Source of the DNA: an uncultured delta proteobacterium
Lineage (GTDB): Bacteria; Myxococcota_A; Polyangia; Fen-1088
Direction: 5' to 3'
Length of the DNA stretch: 64,000 nt
Assembly: GCA_963796685.1 (NCBI GenBank)
Contig: CAWCMR010000009.1
Coordinates: forward strand, 160,001 to 224,000
The translations under genes and the position numbers were made by a program. Below the pieces are notes generated by a model. The model was not told where the DNA came from. It did no database searches and saw only the letters and a list, made by a program, of their open reading frames with translations. This document shows positions 39,594-49,423 of the stretch, one piece after another (the first letter of the stretch is position 1; each line of letters starts with the position of its first letter).

Positions 39594-41618
39594 TCAGCCG
39601 TGCGACCTTGGTATTGCTGAGCTCGAGCCGAGCCGCAGTCCTCGGCGGCGAACGAGGAGCAAGAGCAGCAGGGCTAACGCGGTCAAACCAGGCCGACTGC
39701 CACCGGACCCCATACGGCAGCTGCAGCCGGAGGACTTGTTCGACGCAAGGGTGTTGCTACCTGCGGCGCCACCCGCACCCGCACCACCCATGCCGCCTGA
39801 GCCGCCGTTACCCGATCGGCCTCCGTTCGCGCTGCTGGCGCCGCCACTGGCCATCGCCCCACCCGAAGCGGCTGCGCCGCCTCCTGTGCCAGAGGCTCCG
39901 CCCGCGCCGCCGCCCGCTCCCACGGTTCCGCCGCTTGCAGGTGCGCCGCCCACACCACCGCCATCGGTCCTGGTGCTGCTCCCTCCACCAGCGCCTGATG
40001 TTCCGCTGTTGCCGCCGGTGCCGCCGGTGCTTCCGGTGCTTCCGCCCGTTCCAGGTGCTCCACCAGAGCCACCGCTTGTGCCGCCTGCCCCGGATCTTCC
40101 TCCGGAGCCCGAGCCGCCCGCGCCGCCGGTGGCGCTCGCGTCCCCAGCCTCTGGCGGCGCCCCGCCATCCTGCTGGTCAGCCGCGCCGGGTCCGCTGAAT
40201 TGCCACCAGTTGAAATTGAAGAGGTTCGAGCTTCCGCTTCCGGTGAACTTGAAGAACAGATCGTGCAATCCCGTGGCACCGCTGACCGAGCAGGTCTTGG
40301 TGGTCCATGTCTGGGCGCCACCGGTGCCTGAGACCGCGCAAGTCCCGAGCAATGTTCCGGTCTGGCTGTCGAGGTGCAGCTCGATGCTTCCACCGCTCGC
40401 GTCCGAGGCGACCCTCGCGTCGAAGGATGTGGCGCCGCTGCCGAAATTCACGTTCTTGACCTTGATGTAATCCCCGTTCTGGATGCCCGTGACATCCATC
40501 CCACCTCCCGTATCGCTGGTCACCTCCGTCTGGACGCCGGATTCCCAGGCGATGGTCTCTGCTTCGGTCTGCACGAACGGGTTCAGGTTGGCAATAGCCT
40601 TCGGGCCCCCGCTCGTCGGTGTAATCGTCGGGAAGGACCCGTCGGCATTGTAGGTGAACTCCTCGAGACACACCGAGCGGTGATAGCCGTCGCCGTTCGA
40701 GGGGACCGAGCCGCCTTTTTGCAAGGCACCGTCGTGGTAGAAAAAATAGGAATGCCCATTGAAATCGATGATGCCGGTGTGATTGGTGAAGCTCGCCCCT
40801 GAAGCCTTCATGATGGTCCCTCCGTAGGTGAAGGGGCCCGTGGCTGCGGTGGCTCTGGAATAGGAGATGTCCTCCGGAATGTTGTTGGCCGCGTAAGCGA
40901 GGTAGTAGGTCGTGCCGTGCTTCATGATCCACGGCCCCTCTTCATATTGAGAGGGGAAGCCGCCTGCGGACGGAGCAGGCCCGAAGGATTGGGTGTTGAC
41001 CGTGGGGCATTGGACGCTCCCCGAATACGAGATCATGTCCGAGTTCAGCTTCACGTAGCCTGGAACGCTTCTGCCAAAATAGAGATACGCTTGCCCGTCG
41101 TCGTCGATGAAGACCGTGGGATCGATGTCGCCCGTCCCTCCTGAGCAACCGGCGGTGACCAGCGGCTTGCCGATGGCGTCCGTGTACGGGCCGATGGGAC
41201 TACTGGAAACGCCGACTCCGATGACCGTCGAGCCGGAGGTGTTGTTCAGGGGGACGTAGAGGTAAAATTTGCCGTTGCGGGGGATGGCTTGTGGAGCCCA
41301 CGCAGCGGTGCCCGCCCAGCTGAACGATTTCCAGCTGGCCACCACGCCGTGGTCGGTCCAGTTCACCATGTCCGCGGACGAGTACGCAAACCACTGGCAC
41401 AGGGTGTAACCGGCCACCGCGCTGCATGGCTGTCCGGCTGCGTTCTCGTCGTGCGTCGTGATGAGGTAGATTCTACCGTCAGAAACCATGGGCGCGGGAT
41501 CGGACGTGTAGTTGGTCTGTACGATGGGATTATCCGCCAGAGAAGGCGACGAATAGGTGGCCACCAAGCAGACCACAAGTGCCATGGTGAGGAAACGACG
41601 TCGATTCGTGCCGGTCAT
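39594..41618 (-). CDS. GH43 xylosidase/arabinofuranosidase + CBM6, Gly tether, MYXO-CTERM
   Basis: NPIVQTNYTSDPAPMV, WAPQ, IDPTVFIDDDGQAYLY, EEGPW, TNH; CBM6 (EAETIAWESG, YIKVKNVNFGSGA, FNFNWWQF); SGCSC + TM + RRR. Confidence 0.93.
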   Translation of the reverse strand: MTGTNRRRFLTMALVVCLVATYSSPSLADNPIVQTNYTSDPAPMVSDGRIYLITTHDENAAGQPCSAVAGYTLCQWFAYSSADMVNWTDHGVVASWKSFSWAGTAAWAPQAIPRNGKFYLYVPLNNTSGSTVIGVGVSSSPIGPYTDAIGKPLVTAGCSGGTGDIDPTVFIDDDGQAYLYFGRSVPGYVKLNSDMISYSGSVQCPTVNTQSFGPAPSAGGFPSQYEEGPWIMKHGTTYYLAYAANNIPEDISYSRATAATGPFTYGGTIMKASGASFTNHTGIIDFNGHSYFFYHDGALQKGGSVPSNGDGYHRSVCLEEFTYNADGSFPTITPTSGGPKAIANLNPFVQTEAETIAWESGVQTEVTSDTGGGMDVTGIQNGDYIKVKNVNFGSGATSFDARVASDASGGSIELHLDSQTGTLLGTCAVSGTGGAQTWTTKTCSVSGATGLHDLFFKFTGSGSSNLFNFNWWQFSGPGAADQQDGGAPPEAGDASATGGAGGSGSGGRSGAGGTSGGSGGAPGTGGSTGSTGGTGGNSGTSGAGGGSSTRTDGGGVGGAPASGGTVGAGGGAGGASGTGGGAAASGGAMASGGASSANGGRSGNGGSGGMGGAGAGGAAGSNTLASNKSSGCSCRMGSGGSRPGLTALALLLLLLVRRRGLRLGSSSAIPRSHG

Positions 41619-41983
41619 TCTGATTCTCCTGTAACGTTGTTGTCACTACCGCTTGCATTAACCGACATGAACTATTGCTCCGCGAGGCCGCAGGAGCCAC
41701 GAAGCCGGGTCATGGTTTCGTCAGCCATGCCTCGTTGCCCGGGAACGACCTCACACCGCTGTTTCAAGACTGTCGACGGTTTCGACTTTGCTTCGATCTT
41801 GATTCGAGGTCAATCCAATCCTCCTATCGGCCAAGCCTCTACGCACCGGATCTCGATCCCGGTCTGGCCTTCCGCGATAGACACATTCGCCAAAGGCAGT
41901 GGCGCTAGCCCCGCATTTCCGTTTCGCGGAAACGTAGGTAGGTGGAATGGGCTCAATCTCGCAGGAGCAAGGGGCAGAGCCAG

Positions 41984-42071
41984 ATGGAATTCACGCGCTT
42001 CCACCACTGCGAGGAATGGCTTTGCGCTGAAGGTTCGTCCACGAAATTGCCAGAGAGTGAGGAACGTATGA
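41984..42071 (+). pseudogene. Possible collapsed ECF sigma remnant
   Basis: Start context AGGGGCAGAGCCAG-ATG and end AAATTGCCAGAGAGTGAGGAACGTATGA resemble the start (AGGGGAACGTCAG-ATG) and end (AAATTGCAAAGAGAGGACCGCATGA) of the sigma gene at 51163-51822. Confidence 0.4.
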
Positions 42072-42603
42072 CATCAAGTGGCTTCTTGCGAACAACGATC
42101 GCGGCTCTTGCGCTTGCGGGTGCTGCGTGCTCATCGAGTACGCCTGAAGGTTCCATCGGTACCGGAGGGACTGGGAAGGCGGGTACTATGGCGGCGGCAT
42201 GAGCTACGAAATCGCGTGTGCCCGGGCGAAGGTCTTCCGCGCGGTCGCGATCTTCGAAGGCGCTCAGCTCAGCGGGTGCGACGGCGGCACCGACCCGATC
42301 GCAAACTGGCAGATGGTCGGCACCGCGGACACCACGTGCACCGAGGCCATGGCAACACCGCTACGCGACAATTTCGTCAAGAACAATGCCTGCACCGCCC
42401 AGAACCCGCCCCAACCGGCTGCGGGCAGTCTGACGCACACCTGCACCAGCTACTCCGGATGCTCGGCCGGACATCCTCTCCGTTGGTGCGTACACGGCTC
42501 GGGGCACACCCCCGCTCCCATCGATGGAAGCTCGTCCCTGTACGGACCCGGCGGACAGTCCTGGGTCCCGGGAGACCTGTGGCCATGGTTGACTTCGTTG
42601 TAG
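42068..42603 (+). pseudogene. Internally deleted lipoprotein esterase (paralogue of 1480-2778)
   Basis: Lipoprotein signal MTSSGFLRTTIAALALAGAAC is joined out of frame near 42185 to YGGGMSYEIACARA.VFRA...H..C..Y.GCSAGHP; the catalytic Ser region is missing. Confidence 0.8.
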
Positions 42604-42626
42604 ATGAGCTTGCCTCGGAGGTTCGC

Positions 42627-43042
42627 ATGCGGGTAAGACGATGGCACGAGCACCTCGAGCCAGGCGAGCTACCTGTGGTTCCAAGGCCTGACCTTCGCGC
42701 ATTCGACGTTCATGCGTCCGAGTCAGTCCGGCTTCCTGGATGGGCAAGCCGGCCACTGGCGACGAGATGCAGTACAACTACATCCACGACTACGCGTGCA
42801 GCAAGTGGGCCGACTACGGGTGTAACGGGTTGTACCTGGATGAGAAGACGTCCGGCTATACCGTCGCCCACAACGTCATGGTCAACTGCCCGACCAACAT
42901 TGCCCAGAACCAAACCGGGACCAATACCATCACGGACAATGGGGCTAATCCCAGCGGAGCCCAGAACACGATCAACACCGCTGGCATCGAGGCCGCCTAC
43001 GCCGACATCAAGACCCTGACCGTCCCTCCGGCCACGTTCTGA
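42627..43042 (+). pseudogene. Internally deleted beta-helix (GH141-like) gene
   Basis: GGAGG-ATG start, a middle piece (GTSTSSQASYLWFQGLTFAHSTFMRPS..GFLDGQAG) and a C-terminal piece (NYIHD...GLYLDE.TSG...AGIE.AY) lie in three different frames. Confidence 0.75.
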
Positions 43043-43089
43043 CGATATCCATGGCAGAACGCAGGCTGTCTCGATCGTCGCGGCTGCGA

Positions 43090-43767
43090 TTACCGCAGAT
43101 CTCGACCCGCTCGCGGTAGCAGGACGCTGCGCGGAAACCTGTCTGCAAAAGCGGCCGCCGCCCGCTGGGCCTCGTCCGTACGACCAGCCTTGGTCAGGGT
43201 CCTCACGCGCAGGGCCTCTCTTTCTTCGGCGAGACGCCCGGTGGGAAAACGTCGGTCGTGCTCTGCGACCAGGGCCAGCGTATCCGCGTAGTCCCCTTCC
43301 GCATAAGCAACCTGGGCGCGCTTGAGCAGGTTGAGCTCGGCCGCATAGGACTCTCGGGCACTGGCCGGACGCACCGACGGACGGGGCCGCGTTGTCGGGG
43401 TAGTCCGCGCAGGGAGGGTGACGGCCGCGGGTGGCGTCGCTTGCGCAGGACCGCCGGTTGCGCTGCGTGCAGGTGCCGCCGCGCGTGCCGCGGGGGGAGC
43501 GGTTGCGATTCCGTGATCGCTTCGAAGTGCCAGCGCGGCCAAGGCGCTTGCACCGGCAACGGCCACCGCAACCGAGGCCGCCAGGGCGATGGTCAGGCCG
43601 CGCCGGCGTGGAACGAGGATCGGCTCGGCGCGGGAGGGCTCTGCCACCACGATTGCGCGTGCTCGTGCCAGCGACCGTGCGCGAACCACATCGGGCAGGC
43701 GAGGAACCACCTTGCCGGCCTCAACCAGGGCCTCCAAATCGGAATCGAGGTCAGGATCGCGCGTCAT
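43090..43767 (-). CDS. Putative anti-sigma factor (single TM, Pro/Ala linker, C-terminal TPR-like helix pair)
   Basis: ATGA coupling to the ECF gene; EL.LL.RAQ.A...GD....L.....H.RRFP.G.LAEERE.L.V..L pattern. Confidence 0.7.
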   Translation of the reverse strand: MTRDPDLDSDLEALVEAGKVVPRLPDVVRARSLARARAIVVAEPSRAEPILVPRRRGLTIALAASVAVAVAGASALAALALRSDHGIATAPPAARAAAPARSATGGPAQATPPAAVTLPARTTPTTRPRPSVRPASARESYAAELNLLKRAQVAYAEGDYADTLALVAEHDRRFPTGRLAEEREALRVRTLTKAGRTDEAQRAAAAFADRFPRSVLLPRAGRDLR

Positions 43768-44316
43768 CGTGGTACTCCGCCTTTCGACAAGCGTCGCACA
43801 GCCGCCGCCAGTTCCTTTCGGCCCTTTCGCAGTCTGGCGTAGACGCCGAATCGAGTGATGGACATCTTCCGTGCAACATCGGCAATGGGAATCTCGTCGA
43901 GCTCGTGCATGACAAGCACAGTCCGGCGCGAGAGGGGCAGGGAATCGAGCGCAGCCTGAAGAAGAGAGGCCGACTCTTTGCTTTGTAGCTGCCCTTCCGG
44001 ACTGACCGCGAGATCGGTGACGTCCAACGCCGGGTGGGGGATTTCGCGGGACCGGCGTCGATGGTGGGCGCTGACGATCCTGAACGCCACCCCCACGAGG
44101 TAGGGGCGGAGAGGCCGCTCCGTATCCAGGCTCGGCCAATTCCTGCGCAGCACCACGAAAATCTCCTGCGCGAGATCTTCGAGCTGCGTGAGGTGCAGCC
44201 CCCAGTCGCCGCAGAGTGGCAAAGATGTAGTCGAGCTCGCGATCGTAGGCGTCGAGGCAGCCGCTGTCTGGCGTAGGCGAAGCACCTGCAGAGTGGATGA
44301 GTCGTAAATACGCCAT
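43764..44316 (-). pseudogene. ECF sigma factor, frameshifted (or sequencing error)
   Basis: YDRELDYIFATLRRLG | EDLAQEIFVV...LRPYLVGVAFR...LP..RR.V.V.HELD......A......VYARL; one extra base near 44186-44187. Confidence 0.85.
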
Positions 44317-44339
44317 GGGGCAACCTGATTCTCTCCCTA

Positions 44340-44369
44340 ATACTGTCCTGGCCGAGAGGGTTGTTCACC
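44340..44369 (-). promoter_or_regulatory. Putative ECF promoter (shared motif copy 2)
   Basis: GGTGAA-N16-GACAGTAT (or GTGAAC-N15) upstream of the sigma start; the -35 match is imperfect. Confidence 0.45.
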
Positions 44370-44423
44370 AAAATCGCACGCACCGACGAAGGCGGGACCA
44401 GGTTTGACTACATCGTCCCGCGG

Positions 44424-45464
44424 TCAGGGCGCGTAGGTCTTCGGATCGAGGAGGATCTTCCAGAACCGGGCGATCGCCACGTCCGGCGCGATTTGGCGGA
44501 CGAGCCACAGGGGGCCGTCCGGGTTGTCCGTGAGGGTCGGTCCGGCGTTTGCACCAGCGGCAATGGGCCCGCTGCCCGCCACCCTCTCGACCGAGACCAC
44601 GAAATTCAAGATCCCCACGGCTGCCACGCCCACCTGGTCGGCCGCTTGCTGGTCATTCCAGATCTGGGATTGCCTCGACGCGATCCAGGTCCCGAAGGCG
44701 TTGTTCGGCAGCTCGGACAGGCGCGACGCAGGAACGTCGGTGGTCTGATCGTAGTAGGCGCTGACCTGGACAAAGCGAAAGCGGGAGACGACGATGGTGT
44801 CGGCCCAGGGGTCCATCTCTCCGTTGGGGATCCCCATCGCAGCGCCTGAGGCGGTCAGGCTGCCCAGCTCCGAGACGATGACCACTCGGTCCACCACCGC
44901 CGGATCGATCAGATAGGCATCGGCGACATCGGTCAAGCGCCCGCCCATCACCACCACGAGCGGCCTGTAGGGAAGGCTGAGACGGTTCGATTCGTTGACC
45001 ACGAAGAGGGCGCCGTCCGAGTTGTTCGGAACCGTTGCATCGATGTCGCCGTTCGCAGGCCGAACCAGCGGCGCGCCGACGCTCTTGATGGGATCCGGGA
45101 TGTTTCGCATCCCGCTCTTCCGTGCCACCGCGACCAGGTTCTGTCGGTCGGTGAAGTTGTCGTCGATGTTGGTGGCGTTCGAGCCCGTGATGACCACGAT
45201 TCCATCGAGTGTCAGCTCGCCGGCGGCGGCGAGCAGCACCGCATATTCGCCTTGCCAGTTATCGGACTGGCTGTCGTTGAACAGCACGACGGGGTTGCGC
45301 GCATCCACCGGAAGCAGTCCGCGTGGCGCGGTCGACCCGGCATCGTAGGTCTCGGTACAGCCGGCGATGCATGTGGCCAGCAGCATCGCCGCTACCATCG
45401 TCCCAGGACTCGGCAGGCCTGCCGGTCCTTTGGCGCAACACCGGGTTCGGACGACTTGCCTCAT
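44424..45464 (-). CDS. Lipoprotein with nucleoside-hydrolase-like fold
   Basis: IAGC lipobox; PVVLFND...D, PLVVVMGGRLTDVADAYLIDPAVVDRVVIV resemble IU-nucleoside-hydrolase motifs. Confidence 0.6.
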   Translation of the reverse strand: MRQVVRTRCCAKGPAGLPSPGTMVAAMLLATCIAGCTETYDAGSTAPRGLLPVDARNPVVLFNDSQSDNWQGEYAVLLAAAGELTLDGIVVITGSNATNIDDNFTDRQNLVAVARKSGMRNIPDPIKSVGAPLVRPANGDIDATVPNNSDGALFVVNESNRLSLPYRPLVVVMGGRLTDVADAYLIDPAVVDRVVIVSELGSLTASGAAMGIPNGEMDPWADTIVVSRFRFVQVSAYYDQTTDVPASRLSELPNNAFGTWIASRQSQIWNDQQAADQVGVAAVGILNFVVSVERVAGSGPIAAGANAGPTLTDNPDGPLWLVRQIAPDVAIARFWKILLDPKTYAP

Positions 45465-46519
45465 TGGAATCGCACACCCAAATCAAGACCTAGTGTCCCA
45501 GCAAATCGCGGGGAGGTCCAGACCAGGATTTGGTCGAGAGTCACGCGTGAGCGAGTGAGCGTCACCAGCCCCTCGGTTCTCACCGACACGAAGGCCCGAC
45601 GCCAAAATGGCTGCGTCGCAGCCAAGCGAAGTCCCGCTTGCAGGAAAGGGCCGGAGCCCGAGCGCGGAGTATCGATGTCTCGACCCGCAATACGGATCTC
45701 GCCGCCCTTGGCTACGAGGCACGCGCCAAACCGCCCGATGTTTCCGCAGCCGGCGAGACTGGCCATCAGCTCTTGGTGCGTGAATCCGCTCCCGTCCTGG
45801 CGCCGGACCGTCGCAGGCATTCCGGCTTCGCCGGCCAGCTCGACTGAAAAGGAGTGCCAGGCGAGGCTGCCGAACAGCCGGCCGAGCCCCACCAGGCTGG
45901 ACGACATCCCCAGCGCAACCGACCCGCCGACGCCGAGGGAGAGAATCGGGGGTGGCGAGGGGATGGTCGCTTCATGCGTGACCGTCCTCGATTCCGGCAG
46001 CGCCCGCTCCTGTTTGGCAGGCGGGGTGCTCTTCGGCGCCGGTGGCAGCTGCACCGGCGCGGCCGGGATTCCGGCATTTTCCGACGGTGGAGGTGCAACG
46101 ACGCGTGGAGAGGTGTCGGCGGCGGTCAGGAGCTGAATTTGCAGGGCCAGCGCGAAGCCCATGGCGCGCACGAGCTCCCGGCAATCGTTGCTTCGCGAGG
46201 GAAAGGTTCGATCTCCCTGCCATTTCCCGGCGGCATCTCGCCACTCGATGTGCCCTTCATACGCTTGACCGCGGGCGGCAACCTGGGTGAGGACGTGATT
46301 GGGTGCCCCCTCGCGAAAGGGATCATAGCCGAGTCGGCCACTGACGATGCTCTTGAATTCGCCCTCTTGCGGGCAATCGGGGGCGGAGGCGTATTCGAGG
46401 GCAACGGCGAACGCAGGACTCTCGGCACGGCTGGACGCCGACGTCAGGATGGTGACGCAGATGGCTGCCGCATAGGCAGATGTCCTGGCAGGCATCGATC
46501 CGTCTCGGGGTGACTTCAT
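45461..46519 (-). CDS. Hypothetical exported protein with Pro-rich linker and beta-strand-rich C-terminus
   Basis: Signal peptide, CP....F...V..RLGYDPF, C.ELV.A...AL; ends GLDLGVRFQ (beta-barrel-like); ATGA coupling to the next gene. Confidence 0.7.
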   Translation of the reverse strand: MKSPRDGSMPARTSAYAAAICVTILTSASSRAESPAFAVALEYASAPDCPQEGEFKSIVSGRLGYDPFREGAPNHVLTQVAARGQAYEGHIEWRDAAGKWQGDRTFPSRSNDCRELVRAMGFALALQIQLLTAADTSPRVVAPPPSENAGIPAAPVQLPPAPKSTPPAKQERALPESRTVTHEATIPSPPPILSLGVGGSVALGMSSSLVGLGRLFGSLAWHSFSVELAGEAGMPATVRRQDGSGFTHQELMASLAGCGNIGRFGACLVAKGGEIRIAGRDIDTPRSGSGPFLQAGLRLAATQPFWRRAFVSVRTEGLVTLTRSRVTLDQILVWTSPRFAGTLGLDLGVRFQ

Positions 46520-46662
46520 AGCGTGCAAAAGGAAATTCCCCCACAGCAAAGATTTCCTTTCACAAGCTCGGCTCAACCAACAGGTAAGTCTAGGGCAGAG
46601 GCGCTCGTTCGCGATGCCCCCTGGCCAAAGAAGAAGATCGTACGTCTTCGAAAGGTAGAGCC

Positions 46663-49179
46663 ATGACCCGAGGGACCCGAAAACGCAGCCGAGTTTTTCT
46701 TCCTGCAAGCCTAGCCTTTGCGCTCCCGACCTTCTCTGTCGCCTTCGCCGCAAGCTCGGTGGAGAAGCTGCAGGATTTCCCTTTGGACCAGGTCCAGATC
46801 ACCGATACCTACCAGCAGAACCTGTTCACCAAAGACATCACCTACCTCATCACGACGCTCGACTCCGATCGCCTCATGGCAGGTTTCAAGGCGGTGTCCC
46901 AGAACGTGACCCCGACCAACCTCTACGGCGGCTGGGAGAACCAGGGCATACGCGGTCATACCATGGGCCACTGGCTGTCCGCGGTGGCGCACGCCTACCA
47001 GCAGGCTCTGGCCAGCGACGCAACGTTGGCAGGCAAGATCAAGACCAAGCTCGACGACGTGATCTCGAAGCTCAAGTCCTATCAGGGATCCGATGGTTTT
47101 CTGTTCGCAACCCCCGTATCCCAGTTCGACCAGTTCGACAGCGGCGCCTCCGGGACGAGCCTGGCCACGGTTTGGGTGCCCTACTACACCTTGCACAAGA
47201 TCCTCGCAGGCCTGGTCGACGTCTACAAGTACGAGGGCAACGCGGACGCCTTGGCGGTCGCGAGCAAATTGGGAGACTGGCTCTACAGTCGAGCCACGGG
47301 TTGGAGCTCGAGCGCGAAATCGAGGGTGCTCAGCCAGGAGTACGGCGGGTTGAACGACGCCCTGTACGAGCTTTACAAGTACACGAACAACGCCAATCAC
47401 CTGGCGGTCGCTCACATCTTCGATGACACCAGCCTGTTCACGACTCTTGCCGCGGGCACCGACAGCTTGGCCAATTTGCACGCCAATATGACGATCCCGA
47501 AGTTCATCGGTGCCCTGAATCGCTATCGAACCGTGGGGGCGAGCGAGTCCGCTTACCTCAACGCCGCCACTGGGTTCTTTGGCGTCGTGCTGAAGGATCA
47601 CACCTACGTGACGGGTGGAAACAGCGAGGACGAGCATTTCCACACGCCTGGCAAGCTCGACCAATACCGCGACAACGTCAACAACGAGACCTGCAACGCC
47701 TACAACATGTCGAAGCTCACCCACGACCTGTTCAAGGTCACCGGTGACGTGAAGTACGCGAACTTCTACGAGAAGATTCACATCAACGAGATCTTGTCCT
47801 CGATGAACCCCGACACGGGCATGACGACCTATTTCAAGCCGATGGGAACGGGGTATTTCAAGGCGTTCGGCACGACGGACAGCAGCTTCTGGTGCTGCAC
47901 CGGCACGGGCATGGAGAACTTCACCAAGCTCGGCGACAGCGTGTACTTCCACGATGACAAGGATCTCTGGGTGACCTTCTACGTGAGCTCGACGCTAAAC
48001 TGGAAGGACCGCGGTTTGTCGCTGACCCAGACGACGGATCTTCCCCTCACGAACAAGGTGACCTTCACCATCACCGCTGCCCCGACCGACGCAGTCAATC
48101 TGCAGCTCAGAAAGCCGGACTGGACCTCGACCTGTCAGGTGGCGGTTTCGGTCAATGGTCAGGCGGTCACGCCGGTCGAGTCCAACGGGTTCCTCGGCGT
48201 AAGCCGGGTGTGGCAGGCGAACGACACGGTGGAGCTGGCATTCCCGCTCTTCGTGCAGGTGTCGAGGCTCCAAGACAACCAGAACGCGGTGGCGTTCACG
48301 TATGGGCCGCTCGTCCTCTCCGCCGGTCTTGGAACCGCCAGCATGACCACGACGGGGCATGCCATGACGATTGCAGCGACCTCGCCGGGGGGCCTCCAGG
48401 ACACCATGACGATCAACAGCGGAACCAAGATCGAGGACTGGCTCTCCAACATCCAGAGCAACCTGGTGCAGACCCCGGGCAAGCTCGAATTCACCCCCAA
48501 GGGCACCGATTCGGACAGCAAGCTGGTCTTCATTCCTCACTACTCGCGCTACAAAGACAGGTACGGCATCTATTGGAAGCTGGCCGGCACCGCGGGCGGG
48601 ACCGCTAGCACCACGGTCACCTGTCCGACGGTGGCAACAGGGGGAACGGGCGGGGCAGCCGGGGCGACTGGTAGCGGCGGCGGCGCGGGTGGCGGGAGCG
48701 GCAACAGCGACGCGGGCTCGGGCTCCGGCGGTGCAGCGGGTAACAGCGCTACGGGCGGGGCACCAGCGAGCGGCGGTCGAATCGGAAGCGGCGGTTCGGG
48801 AGCAGGCGGGGCAACGAGCCCCGGCGGCTCGGGCGGCAGCAGCGCCGGCGGGGCCGGCGCTGGCGGCCATGGCGTTGCAGGGGCCGGCGGCTCGGGCGGC
48901 GGTGGCAACGTCGGCGCCGGCGGTGCCCGGGCCGGCAGCGGAGGCATCGCGAACGGCGGTTCCGCAGCCGGCGGCGCCCAAGCTTCGGGCGGCGCGGCGG
49001 GCGGTGCGGCTCATGCGAGCGGAGGCACAAGCGGCTCGGCTGGCACCAACGGAGCGAGCGGCTCGACGAACACGGGCTGCGCATGCAATGTCGGCAAGGC
49101 TGCCTCGCCTGCGCACGGGATGCTCGGTCTGCTGCTCGGCCTAGGCCTGGTCGCCTGGCGTCGGCGCAGGCAGCGCTGA
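46663..49179 (+). CDS. GH127/GH146 beta-L-arabinofuranosidase-like enzyme, Gly tether, MYXO-CTERM
   Basis: YGGWE, GHTMGHWLSA, WVPYYTLHKI, EYGGLN, HANMTIP, ETCNAYNM, FWCCTGTGME, YGPLVL; GCAC + TM + RRRR. Confidence 0.92.
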   Translation: MTRGTRKRSRVFLPASLAFALPTFSVAFAASSVEKLQDFPLDQVQITDTYQQNLFTKDITYLITTLDSDRLMAGFKAVSQNVTPTNLYGGWENQGIRGHTMGHWLSAVAHAYQQALASDATLAGKIKTKLDDVISKLKSYQGSDGFLFATPVSQFDQFDSGASGTSLATVWVPYYTLHKILAGLVDVYKYEGNADALAVASKLGDWLYSRATGWSSSAKSRVLSQEYGGLNDALYELYKYTNNANHLAVAHIFDDTSLFTTLAAGTDSLANLHANMTIPKFIGALNRYRTVGASESAYLNAATGFFGVVLKDHTYVTGGNSEDEHFHTPGKLDQYRDNVNNETCNAYNMSKLTHDLFKVTGDVKYANFYEKIHINEILSSMNPDTGMTTYFKPMGTGYFKAFGTTDSSFWCCTGTGMENFTKLGDSVYFHDDKDLWVTFYVSSTLNWKDRGLSLTQTTDLPLTNKVTFTITAAPTDAVNLQLRKPDWTSTCQVAVSVNGQAVTPVESNGFLGVSRVWQANDTVELAFPLFVQVSRLQDNQNAVAFTYGPLVLSAGLGTASMTTTGHAMTIAATSPGGLQDTMTINSGTKIEDWLSNIQSNLVQTPGKLEFTPKGTDSDSKLVFIPHYSRYKDRYGIYWKLAGTAGGTASTTVTCPTVATGGTGGAAGATGSGGGAGGGSGNSDAGSGSGGAAGNSATGGAPASGGRIGSGGSGAGGATSPGGSGGSSAGGAGAGGHGVAGAGGSGGGGNVGAGGARAGSGGIANGGSAAGGAQASGGAAGGAAHASGGTSGSAGTNGASGSTNTGCACNVGKAASPAHGMLGLLLGLGLVAWRRRRQR

Positions 49180-49279
49180 TCTACTACAGTGAATCCAAGG
49201 GATTGCCTGGCGTTGCCGTGTTCTCTGTTGACCTGTCCATGAATTGGATGGGTCGACGGAAGCCGTGCTAAAGGCAATG

Positions 49280-49346
49280 CCGTAGGTAGGGTGAAGTCCG
49301 CGAATTCACTTCGCGAACGAGGGGCGGGTCGTGGCCCGCCCCTTTG
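49280..49346 (+). ncRNA. Candidate small RNA ending in a terminator hairpin
   Basis: Between convergent genes; hairpin CGCGAA-ttcac-TTCGCG followed by a GC-rich terminator-like stem. Confidence 0.25.
49320..49346 (+). terminator. Intrinsic terminator-like hairpin
   Basis: AGGGGCGGGT-cgtg-GCCCGCCCCT followed by TT. Confidence 0.6.
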
Positions 49347-49423
49347 AAATCTTCAAGACGGGACTTTCATGGACACGTCTTGTGTCCTCAGCGGTTCAAT
49401 GAGCCAGGCGCCTCCGGGGCTCT

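Noticed and set aside
39571-40470. Pro-rich ORFs (also 2348, 4994, 53730, 57791 and others)
   Set aside because: Reverse complements of Gly-rich linkers.
43090-44316. 408-aa ORF as a genuine sigma/anti-sigma fusion protein
   Set aside because: The middle is out-of-frame sigma sequence; one extra base explains it.
41934-49290. CGTAGGTAGG shared by two intergenic regions (41934 and 49281), and possible identity of the latter with Pxr sRNA
   Set aside because: Only two 10-bp matches with no common flank; Pxr similarity cannot be verified without Rfam.
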